Shown: positions 28,091 to 39,007, numbered from the whole stretch's first letter. The stretch: DNA of 62,523 nucleotides, filler included, from an uncultured bacterium (GCA_964637655.1; 5 parts of 5 records of this genome joined end to end with filler, not necessarily neighbours in it), one strand, 5' to 3'. A program made the numbers and translations. The notes: generated from the sequence alone by a model not told the origin.

Positions 28091-28819
28091 TCAGGGCGCG
28101 GGCGGCGCGGGGACACGGGCAGCGCGATAGGCCGCCGCGTCAAGACGCTGCGGCAGCAGGGTCAGGTCGCCGAAGATGGCGATATTCTCGCGCAGGCGCG
28201 CAATGTCGGCCAGCAGCTTGTGGCGCTCGATATCGTCGGCGGAACTGATGAAGACAAATCCCGATTCTTCACGCACGGCAAACGGCATCGCCCACGGGGT
28301 GGTGTCGGCGAGGGCGGCGTCGATGGCAGCCAGCCCCTCCTGCAGCTGCGCGCGCGTGACATTCGCCTGTTTGGGCATCAGGCCGATCAGGTCGACCAGC
28401 GACGGGTTGGCGAGAAAACCGAATTCATTGCCGCGCTGGCTGTCGAGAAAAAGCGCCAGTTGTGCGCGGATGTCGGGAAGGCGGTTGAAGTCGCGCGGCC
28501 CGGTAATGACCAGCAGAAAAGCATCGGTGGCAATCCCGCGGTACATCGCCGCGGTCTGCGTCGCCGACAGCAGCATTCCCGCCGTATCCCCGAGCGTCCA
28601 GGTGCCGTGGTCGGTAACCCGCACCCCGTCGTCGGTGACGTTGATGCATTCATAGCCGCCGTCGGGCTGCAGCGCCAGGTAATCGGAGACGATGTACATC
28701 TTCTGGCCGAAATAGAGTCCCTCGCGCGCCGCGAGGGCGCCCCAGTTCGTGCCCGTATCAGCCGTCGCCGGCAGCACCGCCGCCAGCAGGCAGGCACAGA
28801 TCAGCAGTATCCGCATCAT
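28091..28819 (-). CDS. Secreted hypothetical protein
   Basis: Signal peptide; ATGA overlap with the mutS stop. Confidence 0.6.
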   Translation of the reverse strand: MMRILLICACLLAAVLPATADTGTNWGALAAREGLYFGQKMYIVSDYLALQPDGGYECINVTDDGVRVTDHGTWTLGDTAGMLLSATQTAAMYRGIATDAFLLVITGPRDFNRLPDIRAQLALFLDSQRGNEFGFLANPSLVDLIGLMPKQANVTRAQLQEGLAAIDAALADTTPWAMPFAVREESGFVFISSADDIERHKLLADIARLRENIAIFGDLTLLPQRLDAAAYRAARVPAPPAP

Positions 28820-31428
28820 CCCGTTCCTTCCGTTTCGCGCACGGCCTTGCGTTTGAGTTCCGCCAGCAGGTTGAGCGCTGCCAGCGGCGTCAGTCCGTCC
28901 ACATTGAGTTCCACCAGTTCATGCACCACCGGCGAGACCGCCGGTTCGAACAGCGAGAGTTGCTCCGGTTCCTTCGTGCCGCCCGCCAACCGCGGCCGAT
29001 TCGCGTTCAGTTCACCCTGCTCGAGTTTGAACAGGATCTCCTTGGCGCGCCCGATTACCGCGGGCGGCAGTCCCGCCAGCCGCGCCACCTGGATGCCGTA
29101 GGAGCGGTCCGCCCCGCCTTCGACGATGCGCCGCAGGAAGATGATCTCGTCATTCCATTCGCGCACCGCAACGTTATAGTTACGAACATTAGACAGGACC
29201 CGGGCCAGTTCGGTTAACTCGTGATAATGTGTTGCGAACAGGGTCTTTGCGCCAATGCCGCCGGAACCGGCGATATGTTCGGCCACGGCCCAGGCGATAG
29301 CCAGCCCGTCAAAGGTCGACGTCCCGCGCCCGATTTCATCAAGCACCAGCAGCGAACGTTCCGTCGCGCGGTTGAGGATCAGCGCGGTCTCGAGCATCTC
29401 GACCATGAAGGTCGAGCGGCCGCGCGCCAGCTGGTCGGCGGCCCCGACGCGGGTGAAGATGCGGTCGACCGCGCCGATGCGCGCCTCGGCCGCCGGCACG
29501 AACGAACCGCACTGCGCCATGAGCACGAGCAGCGCCGCCTGGCGGATAAAAGTCGATTTGCCCGCCATGTTCGGCCCGGTAATGACGAGCAGTTGCGCCT
29601 CACCGCCGAGCGCCAGGTCGTTGGGGACGAACGGTTCCTCCTCGACCAGCTGCTCGATAACGGGATGACGCCCCTCACGGATGGCGATCGTCCCACCGTC
29701 ATCCACCTGCGGGCGCACGTAGCGGCGGTTGGCGGCGTTCTCGGCGAAGGCGGCAAGGACATCGAGCTCCGCGAGCAGCGCGGCGAGATCCTGCAACCGC
29801 ACCACCTGCTGCGCCGCCTCTTCGCGCACCGCGGCGAAGAGCTGTTCCTCGAGTGCAAGCATGCGTTCCTCGGCATGGAGGACAAACGCCTCCTTCTCCT
29901 TGAGGGCCGGGGTGATGTAGCGCTCGGCATTGGCCAGCGTCTGCTTGCGTTCGTAGTCGGCGGGCACGCTGGCGCGGTTGGCGTTGGTGATCTCGATATA
30001 GTAGCCGAAGACGCGGTTGAAGCCGATCTTGAGCGAACTGATCCCCGAGCGCTGCCGTTCCTGCTCCTGCAGCGCGGCGATCCATTCCTTGCCGCCGCGC
30101 GCCGCCGTGCGCAGCTCATCGAGTTCCGCCGAGTAGCCGGGCGCCATGACCCCGCCGTCTTTGAGCGTCGCCGGCGCGTTCTCCGCAATGGCCCCTTCGA
30201 TCAGCGTGCGCACCTCGGGGCACGGGTCGAGCTGTGCCGCCAGCGGCGCCAGCGCGGGGAGCGCCGCCAGTTCCGCCTTGAGGCCGGGCACGAGGCGCAG
30301 GGTGGCGGCGATGCCGAGCAGGTCGCGCGGCCCGATGCGGCGCAGGCAGAGGCGGCTGCCGAGACGCTGCAGGTCGGAGGTGTCGCGCAGCAGGGTGCGC
30401 ACCGCCTCGCGGCGCAGCGTGTCGGTGTGCAGCGCCGCCACCCGGTCGAGGCGGACCGTGATGGCCGCCGGGTCGGTGAGCGGGCGCAGCAGCCAATGCT
30501 GCAGCAGGCGTGCCCCCGCCGCCGTGACGGTGCTGTCGAGCGCCCAGAGGAGCGAGCCCGTACGGCCCGCGTCGGTGGCGCTGCGCACCAGTTCGAGGTT
30601 GCGGATGGTCGCCTCGTCGAGCGCCATGCCGTCGCCGGCGCGATACTCGCGCACCCGCGTCAGGTGACGCGCCGCCGCCTGCTGCGTCTCGCGCAGGTAG
30701 GCGAGCAGGGCGCCAAGCGCGGCGATGAGTTCCGGCGTGTCGCTGACGATCCCGCCCGTCTCACGCACCCCGAAATGCTCGCGCAGCACCTGCCGCGCCT
30801 CCGCCGGGGCGAACTGCCACCCCGCGCGCGGCGTCCAGAGCGCGCCGGCCGCGTCACCCGCCAGTTCGCGCAGCCCCGCATCCTCCTCCGCGACGATCAG
30901 TTCCGCCGGTCGGAAACGCGCCAGTTCCGTCTGCAGGTCGCGCGGGTCAGCCAGCACCGCCGCCCAGAGTTCGCCCGTCGACAGGTCGGCCGCCGCCCAG
31001 CCGATGGCGCCCTCCCCGTCAGGCGCGCGCCAGAGCGCGGCGAGAAAATTATTGTCCTTGTCGGAGAGTTGTCCCGGTTCGGTGACGGTGCCGGGGGTGA
31101 CGACGCGCACCACTTCGCGTTTGACGATGCCTTTCGCCGCCTTCGGGTCCTCAACCTGGTCGCAGACCGCGACGCGGAACCCGCGGCGGATAAGCCGGGC
31201 GATATACTGCTCCGCCGCATGATGCGGCACCCCGGCCAGCGGGATATAGGTGCCTTTGCCCGCCGCCTTGCGCGTCAGCGTCAGGTCGAGCACGCGCGCG
31301 GCGATGCGCGCATCCTCGTTGAACAGTTCGAAAAAATCGCCGATGCGGAAAAAGAGCAGCGCGTCCGGGTACTGGTCCTTGATGGACTGATATTGCCGGA
31401 GCATGGGGGAAACAGCGTCAGTGGTCAC
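28816..31428 (-). CDS. mutS: DNA mismatch repair protein MutS
   Basis: PMLRQY, GDFFELF, TGPNMAGKST, STFMVEM, DEIGRGTST, SYGIQVA. Confidence 0.97.
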   Translation of the reverse strand: MTTDAVSPMLRQYQSIKDQYPDALLFFRIGDFFELFNEDARIAARVLDLTLTRKAAGKGTYIPLAGVPHHAAEQYIARLIRRGFRVAVCDQVEDPKAAKGIVKREVVRVVTPGTVTEPGQLSDKDNNFLAALWRAPDGEGAIGWAAADLSTGELWAAVLADPRDLQTELARFRPAELIVAEEDAGLRELAGDAAGALWTPRAGWQFAPAEARQVLREHFGVRETGGIVSDTPELIAALGALLAYLRETQQAAARHLTRVREYRAGDGMALDEATIRNLELVRSATDAGRTGSLLWALDSTVTAAGARLLQHWLLRPLTDPAAITVRLDRVAALHTDTLRREAVRTLLRDTSDLQRLGSRLCLRRIGPRDLLGIAATLRLVPGLKAELAALPALAPLAAQLDPCPEVRTLIEGAIAENAPATLKDGGVMAPGYSAELDELRTAARGGKEWIAALQEQERQRSGISSLKIGFNRVFGYYIEITNANRASVPADYERKQTLANAERYITPALKEKEAFVLHAEERMLALEEQLFAAVREEAAQQVVRLQDLAALLAELDVLAAFAENAANRRYVRPQVDDGGTIAIREGRHPVIEQLVEEEPFVPNDLALGGEAQLLVITGPNMAGKSTFIRQAALLVLMAQCGSFVPAAEARIGAVDRIFTRVGAADQLARGRSTFMVEMLETALILNRATERSLLVLDEIGRGTSTFDGLAIAWAVAEHIAGSGGIGAKTLFATHYHELTELARVLSNVRNYNVAVREWNDEIIFLRRIVEGGADRSYGIQVARLAGLPPAVIGRAKEILFKLEQGELNANRPRLAGGTKEPEQLSLFEPAVSPVVHELVELNVDGLTPLAALNLLAELKRKAVRETEGTG

Positions 31429-32690
31429 GCGTCATCACCCTCGTCGACCTGCGACAGCACCTCGGCGATGAACCGCGTGCGGTCGGTGGCGAGATCGACC
31501 GCCACGCCGCCATGACTGCCGTCGGCCCCGCGCAGAATGCGCAGCAGCGGACGCATCGGCACGCGCGGATTGGCACCCGCGACCACCGCCACCTCGCTGG
31601 TGTTGAGGCGCACCACCGACCCGACGGGATAGAGGGCGAGGTTGTCGAGCAGGGCGCGCACCACATCGGGCAGCAGCGCGCGTCCCGCCATGCCGAGCAC
31701 CAGCTTGAGCCCGGCGTAGGGGAGGTAGGGATCGCGGTAGAGGCGCGGCGAGATGAAACGCTCGTAGGTATCCGCGACGGCAACGATCTGTGCCAGCCGG
31801 GAGATGGCCGTGCCCTCGAGCGCCTGCGGGTAGCCCGACCCGTCGAGCCGCTCATGATGCTGATGCACCGCGGTCACCACATCCGTATCGATCTTGCGCG
31901 CCGTCCCGAGAATTTCCGCACCCCAGGCGGGATGCGCCTTGAGTTGCATGCGTTCCGCCAGTCCGAGCGCGGCCGCCGGGGTCTCCGTCGTGCCCGCCGG
32001 CAGGCGGGTCATGCCGATATCGTGCAGCAGCGCCGCCAGTCCCGCCTGCACCTGCTCCTCCGGCGCCAGTTTCATGGTTGCCGCCACCTGCAGCGCCAGC
32101 ACCGCGACATTGACCGAATGCGCCGCCAGGTCGAAGGCGCCATGGCGCGCGCGCCGCTGCACCAGCGCCAGCAGCGGCTGCTGCCCGTCGAGCAGCGCCT
32201 CGTCGAGCGCGACGATGCACTCGCGCAGCGGCCCGCCATCGATACGCCGCCGCACCTCCTGCCCGGCAATGACCTCGAGCAGCAGCGCGTAGGCGTCCTG
32301 CCACGCCGCCTGCGCCTGCTGCCGCCCGGCCGCGGCGGAATCAGCCAGCGCGCTCAGCGCTGCACGCGCGTCACCAAACAGCGCGTCGATCGCACCCGCC
32401 TGCCCGTCACCGTCGCCGGCAGCCGCCGCGTCAGCCGCCGCCGCAAACGCGGCGTCCTCGTCCGCCTTGCCCGTGGTGAGCGCGGCCTGCGCCTCCGGCG
32501 TATTCTGCACATAGGCAAAGGCCACGTTGCGGCGCTGCAACACGGCGATGGCGCGCTCGTTGAGCACCGCTTTCTTTTCCAGCAGGACGCCGCCCCCCGG
32601 CTCGACGATATGGTCGGCAAGCACCATGCCGGGCCGCAGGTGGCGCAGCGCCACGCGTAGCGCCGGTTGCAGGAGTGACTGGTTTTTCAT
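31425..32690 (-). CDS. HD-GYP domain protein (cyclic dinucleotide phosphodiesterase family)
   Basis: LRPGMVLA N-terminus, HSVNV, LLHDIG, HHERLDGSGYP, YPVGS.VRL. Confidence 0.88.
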   Translation of the reverse strand: MKNQSLLQPALRVALRHLRPGMVLADHIVEPGGGVLLEKKAVLNERAIAVLQRRNVAFAYVQNTPEAQAALTTGKADEDAAFAAAADAAAAGDGDGQAGAIDALFGDARAALSALADSAAAGRQQAQAAWQDAYALLLEVIAGQEVRRRIDGGPLRECIVALDEALLDGQQPLLALVQRRARHGAFDLAAHSVNVAVLALQVAATMKLAPEEQVQAGLAALLHDIGMTRLPAGTTETPAAALGLAERMQLKAHPAWGAEILGTARKIDTDVVTAVHQHHERLDGSGYPQALEGTAISRLAQIVAVADTYERFISPRLYRDPYLPYAGLKLVLGMAGRALLPDVVRALLDNLALYPVGSVVRLNTSEVAVVAGANPRVPMRPLLRILRGADGSHGGVAVDLATDRTRFIAEVLSQVDEGDDA

Positions 32691-32691
32691 G

Positions 32692-33727
32692 CTACCACTG
32701 TGCCACGAATCCGTTGTGGCCGGCGCGCTGCAGCGCGAGGCGCTGTTCTTCCGCCTGCGCCCGCGTCTGCAGGCGGCCCGCGCGGACGCGGTACCAGGTG
32801 GCGCCATTGACCTGTGCGCTCTGGATGTCGACCGGGGTCCACCCCGCTGCCGCCAGCTGCCGCGCCAGTTCGTCAGCGCGCGCCCGCTGCGGGAAAGCCG
32901 CAACCTGCACCGTCCAGATGCCGGTGGCCGCCGGCGCGGGACGCACCGCCGGGTCAGGCGCCGACGCCACGCCGGAGAGTTCCGCCAGCGCCGCGCGCGC
33001 GCGGTGCCTCAAGCGACCCGGAAAAACGTTCCACTACCTGCCGGTAGGCGACGGCTGCCTGCGCGGCATCGTTGAGCCGGCGATGGCATTCGCCCAGATG
33101 GAAATACGTCCAGCTCCGGTAGGCGCTGCCGGGATAGCCGACCAGCAGGTTGTGCAGCGTGGCTACGGCATCGGTCCAGCGGCGTTCATCCATCAGCGCC
33201 TGGGCCAGCGCCGCCTCCGCGCGGTCGAGCCCGGTCAGGTGGGGATGGCGCTGCGCCAGCGTGCGCAGCAGCGCCGCCGCCTCCGCCGCCCGCCCCTGCC
33301 GCAACTGCGCCAGTGCCGCGTAGTACGCGGCATCCGCCGCCGCCGCGGTCGCGCTGAAATCGCTGACCACGCGTTCGCCCCACAACGCCGCGCGCTGGTA
33401 CTCACCGCGCAGCAGCGCGAGACGGATCAGATGGACCAGCGCCGCCGCGCGCAGTTCCGGATCGAGATCATTCCCTGCGCTCGCCTGCAGCAGGTAGCGT
33501 TCGCGTTCCGCGATCGTGGTTGACGCCAGGCCCCGGTAATAGGCCGCCAGCGCCACGCGGGCCGGCGGTTTGCCCAGCGGCTGACGCAGGTACTCGTCGG
33601 TGAGCGTGCGCACCTGCGCGAATTCCCCGCGCCCGTACGCCGCCGCCGCATCGTCAACCGGGTCAGCCATTGCCGGCGCTGCCGCCAGCCAGCACAGCAG
33701 CACCGCCATCATCCGCCATCCGCTCAT
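32692..33727 (-). CDS. Exported TPR (BamD/CpoB-like) plus SPOR protein, split by a frameshift near 32992-33003
   Basis: Signal peptide and TPR repeats in one frame; SPOR (WTVQVAAF...WYRVRAG) in another; frames join at a (CG)6 tract. Confidence 0.78.
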
Positions 33728-34305
33728 GCCGTTTCCGCCTCCTGCCGCAGATATGCCTGCACGCGCAGCAGCCGCGTGAACCGCCAGTGCCAGCGCTGCA
33801 CCCGCTCGACAAACGCGCGCGTCTCCGCGTACGGGTGGGTGTCGCCGGCCGCCAGGCCCGGCACCGTCGCCGGTCCCCCGTTGTACGCCTGCAGCGCGCG
33901 GTCGAGCGTACCGAACCGTTGCACCAGCCCGGCCAGGTAATGGCAGCCGAGCCGGATATTGATCTCCGGGCGCGTCAGGTCGAGATCCGCGTCACGGTAC
34001 CCGAGTTCCGCCCCGAGCGCCGCCGCCGTCGCCGGCATCAGCTGCATCAGGCCCACCGCCCCCGCCGCCGACCGCGCCTGCGGGTTGAAACTGCTCTCCA
34101 CGCAGATTACTGCCAGCACCGTCGCCGGCGCCAGGTGGCAGGCCCGCGCGTTCTCCTCAACCAGGTCGAGATAGAGCATGCGGTCGAGCAGGCGCCCGGC
34201 CGCGTCGCTGCGCACCCAGAGCACCGCCAGCACCAGCGCCGCGACCAGCACCACGACCAGCCGGCGGAAAAAGATCCGCCACGCCGCCGCCGGCAGCGCG
34301 CTCAC
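33724..34305 (-). CDS. Lytic transglycosylase (SLT domain)
   Basis: VESSFNP.A.S..GAVGLMQLMP, NI.LG..YL, AYNGGP, ETR.FV. Confidence 0.9.
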   Translation of the reverse strand: MSALPAAAWRIFFRRLVVVLVAALVLAVLWVRSDAAGRLLDRMLYLDLVEENARACHLAPATVLAVICVESSFNPQARSAAGAVGLMQLMPATAAALGAELGYRDADLDLTRPEINIRLGCHYLAGLVQRFGTLDRALQAYNGGPATVPGLAAGDTHPYAETRAFVERVQRWHWRFTRLLRVQAYLRQEAETA

Positions 34306-35587
34306 CCGATGACCCGCCCGTGCAGCACGCGGTTGCGACTGTGGGTGACATGCACCCGGACGGGAGTGCCGATGGTCCCGTCGCCGGTGGCGATGACGCC
34401 GCTGTTCTCCCGCGTGCGCCCGCGCACCATGCCGTCCGCCGCCTGTTCCACCAGCACCTCGACCATCTGCCCGGCGAAGGTTGCCGCCCGGGCGCGGGCC
34501 TGCGCGTCGAGCAGCGCCAGCAGTTCGCGATGCCGCGCCGCCACCACGGTATCCGGCACCCGGTCCGGCAACTCCGCCGCGCGCGTCCCCGGGCGCGGGG
34601 AGAACTTGAACACGAACCCCTGGGCAAACCCGACCGTGCGCACCAGCGCGAGGGTCGCCGCAAAATCATCGTCCGTCTCGCCGGGAAACCCGACGATGAA
34701 ATCAGCGGCGAGCGCCAGCCCGGGCACCCGCGCCCGCAGGCGCGTCACCAGGTCGAGATACTGCGCCGCGGTGTANNNNNNNNNNGTCCCATCGCCGCCA
34801 GGATGCGGTCGCTCCCCGCCTGTGCCGGCAGGTGCAGCGCCGGCATCACCGCGGGCACCTCCGCCATGGCGGCGATGAGCGCGTCATCCATGTCACGCGG
34901 ATGCGACGTGACGAAGCGCAGCCGCTGCAGCCCGGGGAGGGCGCCCACCGCGCGCAGCAGCGCGGGGAACGACGCCCCGTCGCTGCGGTCCTTCCCGTAG
35001 GCGTTGACATTCTGCCCGAGCAGCGTCAGTTCCCGCACCCCGGCCGCCAGCGCCGCGCGCGCCTCCGCCACGATAGCCGCCGCCGGGCGGCTCCGTTCCG
35101 GGCCGCGCACCTGCGGCACGATGCAGTAGGCGCAGTGGTTGGTGCACCCGGTCATCACGGTGATGAAGTGCTGCACCCCGCGCGCCACCGGCAGGTGGGT
35201 GAAGGCCTGCCCGGCGCCGCCATCGAGCACCACGCGGCTCTGCGCGGTCAGTGACGGCAGCGCTGCGGCGAAATCATCCACCGCGTCGGGAAAGATCACC
35301 GCGTTGCAGCGCGCGAGCAGTTCCGCCCCGCGCTCTTTCGCCACACAGCCCGCCACAGCGAGCACCAGGCCGGGACGCTGCGCGCGCAGGCCCGACAGTT
35401 CCGCCAGCCGCCCGAGCACGCGTTCCTCCGCGTGTGCCCGTACTGCGCAGGTATTGACGATGATCAGGTCGGCGGCCGCCGGGTCGTCCGTCAGGGCATA
35501 CCCGGCCGCCGCCAGGATCTGCGCCAGCCGCCCGCTGTCATACACGTTCATCTGACAGCCGTAGGTCAGCACTGCTGCCGCGCGCAC
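34302..35587 (-). CDS. miaB: tRNA 2-methylthiotransferase MiaB (10-N gap at 34776-34785)
   Basis: TYGCQMN, NTCAVR, GC.A, CTNHCAYCIVP, LLGQNVNAYG, DFIVGFPGET, TRAM. Confidence 0.9.
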
Positions 35588-35681
35588 CCGCCCCTCCCAC
35601 CCATATAATTACACCCGTTGGGAGGATACCATAGCCGGCAGCAGGCGGCAAGACACCGCACGCACCGTTTTCCTGAAGGTG

Positions 35682-35711
35682 TTGACAGCGGCGACAGGGC
35701 TAAGGTATGCT
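35682..35711 (+). promoter_or_regulatory. Putative sigma70 promoter
   Basis: TTGACA-N18-TATGCT upstream of the gene at 35781. Confidence 0.5.
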
Positions 35712-35780
35712 CGAAAATGCGGCGTCGGAACTTCCGGGTCCCGTCAGCCGCACCATTTCCCTGCGCGGAGCGTGCGACCC

Positions 35781-37445
35781 ATGGCAGAAAAAATCACCAT
35801 CACCACCGGCCGGAAAAAACTGCTGTTCAGCAGTCCGGTCAGCATCTGGCAGATCGCCGCCAAACTCGGCAAGCGGCAGGCGCGCGAGACGATGGCGGCG
35901 CTGGTCAACAACGAACTGGTCGACATGAACTATGTCGTGCCGTGCGATGCCGACGTTGACCTGGTGCAGCCGACCGACTACCAGGCGTTCGAGATCTACC
36001 GCCGCACCGCGATGTTCATCCTCGGCAAGGCGATCCGCGACCTGAAACTCAAGGCGGAAATCTTCATCGGCCAGAGCGTGGAAAGCGGGGTCTATTACGA
36101 TTACCGCGCCGAGCGCCCGCTGGTCTGGGCGACGCTGCAGAAGATCCAGGAGCGCATGCAGGAGATCATCGCGGAGAACCTGCCCGTCGTCCGCGCCAAG
36201 ATCAACTACCTGCAGCTGATGGAGTATTTCAAGGGGCTTGACCGCGACGCCAAGGCCAAGGTGGTGGCGGCGATGAACCGCAGTTTCGTCGATGTCTACC
36301 GCATCGGCGACTTCATCGAGCTGGCGCACCATCCGCTGGCGCCGAGCACCGGCGTGGTCCGCAAGTTCGAACTGATCATGTACCCGCCGGGCTTCGTGCT
36401 GCGCTTCCCCGATTTCCCGCGCTTCGACAAGATGCCGGCGATGAAGCACCAGACCAAACTGTTCGAAAACTACCTTGAAACCAAGGAATGGTACCGCCTG
36501 GTCGGCGTGCGCAACGTCGGCGAACTGAACGACAAGACCGCCAGCAAGCGCGAGATCTCCGACCTGATCAAGATCAGCGAATCGCTGCAGGAGAAAAAAA
36601 TCGCGCAGATCGCCGACCGCATCGCCCAGCGCCGCAAGGACATCAAGATGGTGCTCATCGCCGGGCCGTCATCGTCCGGCAAGACCACCTTCGCCAAGCG
36701 CCTGAGCATCCAGCTGATGGTCAACGGCATCACCCCGGTGGCGCTGTCGCTCGACGACTACTTCGTGCCGCGCCACCTGACGCCGAAGGACGAGAACGGC
36801 GAATACGATTTTGAGACGATCGAGGCGCTCGACCTGGCGCTGATCAACGAACACTTCAAGGACCTGCTCGCCGGCAAGGCGGTCGGCATCCCGGCCTTTT
36901 CGTTCGCCACCGGGCAGCGCACCCCGAACCACAAGCAGCTGCAGCTGCTGCCGGGTCAGGTGCTGATCATCGAGGGGATCCACGGCCTCAACGAGCGGCT
37001 CACCGCCGAGGTGCCCGCCGCCAACAAGTTCAAGATTTTCGTTTCCGCCCTGACCCAGCTGCGCGTCGACGGCATGACGCGCATCTCGACGTCGGACACC
37101 CGCCTCATCCGCCGCATGGTGCGCGACTACCGCTACCGCAGTTACAGCGCCTACGACACCATCAAGCGCTGGCCGTCGGTGCGCCGCGGCGAGGACCGCA
37201 ACATCTTCCCGTTCCAGAACAACGCCGACGAACTGTTCAACTCGGCGCTGGTCTATGAACTCTCCGCGCTCAAGCCGTTCGCCATGGCCTGCCTCGAAAC
37301 GGTAACCCCGAAGGAGCGCGAGTATGTCGTCGCGCGCCGTCTCATCGACTTTCTGCGCCTGTTCCGTTCCGTCGGAACGGAGGAAGTGCCGCCGACCTCG
37401 ATCATGCGCGAGTTCATCGGCGGTTCGAGCTTCTCGTACAAATAG
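35781..37445 (+). CDS. ThrRS-N-like/uridine kinase fusion (nucleoside kinase)
   Basis: AALVNNEL TGS-like, IY.RT..FIL, PSTG, AGPSSSGKTTF, EGIHGLN, WPSVRRGE, REFIGGS. Confidence 0.85.
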   Translation: MAEKITITTGRKKLLFSSPVSIWQIAAKLGKRQARETMAALVNNELVDMNYVVPCDADVDLVQPTDYQAFEIYRRTAMFILGKAIRDLKLKAEIFIGQSVESGVYYDYRAERPLVWATLQKIQERMQEIIAENLPVVRAKINYLQLMEYFKGLDRDAKAKVVAAMNRSFVDVYRIGDFIELAHHPLAPSTGVVRKFELIMYPPGFVLRFPDFPRFDKMPAMKHQTKLFENYLETKEWYRLVGVRNVGELNDKTASKREISDLIKISESLQEKKIAQIADRIAQRRKDIKMVLIAGPSSSGKTTFAKRLSIQLMVNGITPVALSLDDYFVPRHLTPKDENGEYDFETIEALDLALINEHFKDLLAGKAVGIPAFSFATGQRTPNHKQLQLLPGQVLIIEGIHGLNERLTAEVPAANKFKIFVSALTQLRVDGMTRISTSDTRLIRRMVRDYRYRSYSAYDTIKRWPSVRRGEDRNIFPFQNNADELFNSALVYELSALKPFAMACLETVTPKEREYVVARRLIDFLRLFRSVGTEEVPPTSIMREFIGGSSFSYK

Positions 37446-37486
37446 GGAACCCGCGGGCACGGCCTCCGGCCGTGCCCGCTTTTTCC

Positions 37487-37874
37487 ATGCCCCTCCCCCC
37501 GCGCAAGCCCGCCTGGCTGAAGGTGACACTGCCACGCGGGGAACAGTCGGCCGCGGTTGAACGGACCGTGCGGCAGTTCGGACTGCATACCATCTGCCAC
37601 AGCGCCGTCTGTCCCAATCGCGGCAGCTGTTTTGCCGCCGGCCATCTCACCCTGCTCCTCCTCGGCGATATCTGCACGCGCGGTTGCGCCTTCTGCGGGG
37701 TATCGCGCACCGCGCCGCTGCCACCCGCCGACGACGAGCCGCAACGGGTCGCGACAGCGCTGCGCGAACTCGGGCTGCGCGCGGCGGTCCTGACTTCGGT
37801 CACGCGCGATGACCTCCCCGACGGCGGGGCCGCGCACTGGGCCGCGGTCATCCGCGCCGTGCGGACCGCGGTGC
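37487..37874 (+). CDS. lipA: Lipoyl synthase (3'-truncated)
   Basis: RKPAWLK, CHSAVCPNRGSC, CTRGCAFC, TSVTRDDLPDGGA. Confidence 0.92.
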
Positions 37875-37974
37875 NNNNNNNNNNNNNNNNNNNNNNNNNN
37901 NNNNNNNNNNNNNNNNNNTTAATTAATTAANNNNNNNNNNNNNNNNNNNNNNNNNNNNNNNNNNNNNNNNNNNN
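37875..37974. other. Artificial contig linker
   Basis: N44-TTAATTAATTAA-N44. Confidence 0.98.
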
Positions 37975-38258
37975 GTTCCGTCCGATTTAAGTCCGATTGT
38001 GTGATGGTTGCCCGCCGCGACGGCGACAGCGATACCCCGGCCGTGCTTCCTGACCTGCCGCCACTCTGGCGGGCCGACCTGTTCGCCGCGTACCATGGCG
38101 ACCGCAACGCGTTCCTGCGCGACGGCATGGCGGTTTCCCGGGCCTGGCAGGCGGCCCGCCTGCTCGCAGCCGACCCGGCCACCGCCCCTGCCGCCGCTGC
38201 GCTGCGCCGGCAGGCCGCCGCACGCTACCCGCGCTTTGCCGCGGCCTTGACAGAATAG
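37975..38258 (+). CDS. 3' end of a hypothetical gene
   Basis: Open frame from the contig edge to TAG at 38258, just upstream of the next gene. Confidence 0.45.
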
Positions 38259-38281
38259 GCGGCGGCAGGTACGGTACCGCC

Positions 38282-39007
38282 ATGCGCGCGTATCTTCTCC
38301 ACACCACCCTTTCCTGTCTGCTGCTCGTAAGCGCTGCTGCCGGCACCGCCATGGCAGTAGAGCATCCGTACCGGGTTTCCCTGCAGAGCGGCGCCTTTGC
38401 CGGACGCGACCTCAACGACGGGGTGCGCTCCCTGTGCGGTATGCAGTCGCTGCGTCAACTGGCCGGCGAGCGCCACCTGCTCCGCCTCGGCTATGCCTTT
38501 ACCGACAACCTGACCGTTGCCGCCATCGCCGGCGCCGCCCGCACCGATGTCATCGACCGCACGCATGCCTCACGCGCCTTCCACCCGCTCTACGGCGGCG
38601 CGCTCACCCTGACGCTGCCGCTGGACGAAACCTGGAGCGCGGAGTTCGAGGCCTGGCATCAGCGCAGCGAGCCGCCCGATTACTCCGCCCCGAGCGGCAT
38701 CCGCGGCATCAACGATTTCTCGTTCGACCTCGAAGAGAGCAGCGCCGCCCTGCGATTCTCCCGCCGCGCGGCTTCCGGTTTGACCGTCTTCGCCGGCGGA
38801 TGCTACACTTATTCCGTTGTGCATATCCGGATGTATAATTCGGCGTGCGGCGGCTGCCTGATGATCGACCGCCGCCTGAAAAGCACCCGCCGCTGGCGCG
38901 GTCTGGCCGGCCTGGCCTGGCCGCTGACTGACGGCCTCGACGCACGGTGCGAATTCATGCCGGGAGGAGAAAGCAGTGTCACGTTCCGTCTCGATTACCG
39001 CCTGTAA
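38282..39007 (+). CDS. Putative small outer-membrane beta-barrel protein
   Basis: Signal peptide; alternating beta strands; C-terminal FRLDYRL. Confidence 0.55.
   Translation: MRAYLLHTTLSCLLLVSAAAGTAMAVEHPYRVSLQSGAFAGRDLNDGVRSLCGMQSLRQLAGERHLLRLGYAFTDNLTVAAIAGAARTDVIDRTHASRAFHPLYGGALTLTLPLDETWSAEFEAWHQRSEPPDYSAPSGIRGINDFSFDLEESSAALRFSRRAASGLTVFAGGCYTYSVVHIRMYNSACGGCLMIDRRLKSTRRWRGLAGLAWPLTDGLDARCEFMPGGESSVTFRLDYRL

Noticed and set aside
26666-29101. Long plus-strand 811-aa ORF, and similar long ORFs at 29221-31515, 51024-53399, 56279-57880 and 59234-62074
   Set aside because: Antisense shadows of well-supported genes in GC-rich DNA, with no recognisable motifs
34745-34790. Apparent split of miaB into two ORFs
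   Set aside because: Caused by a 10-N scaffold gap of arbitrary length, not a pseudogene
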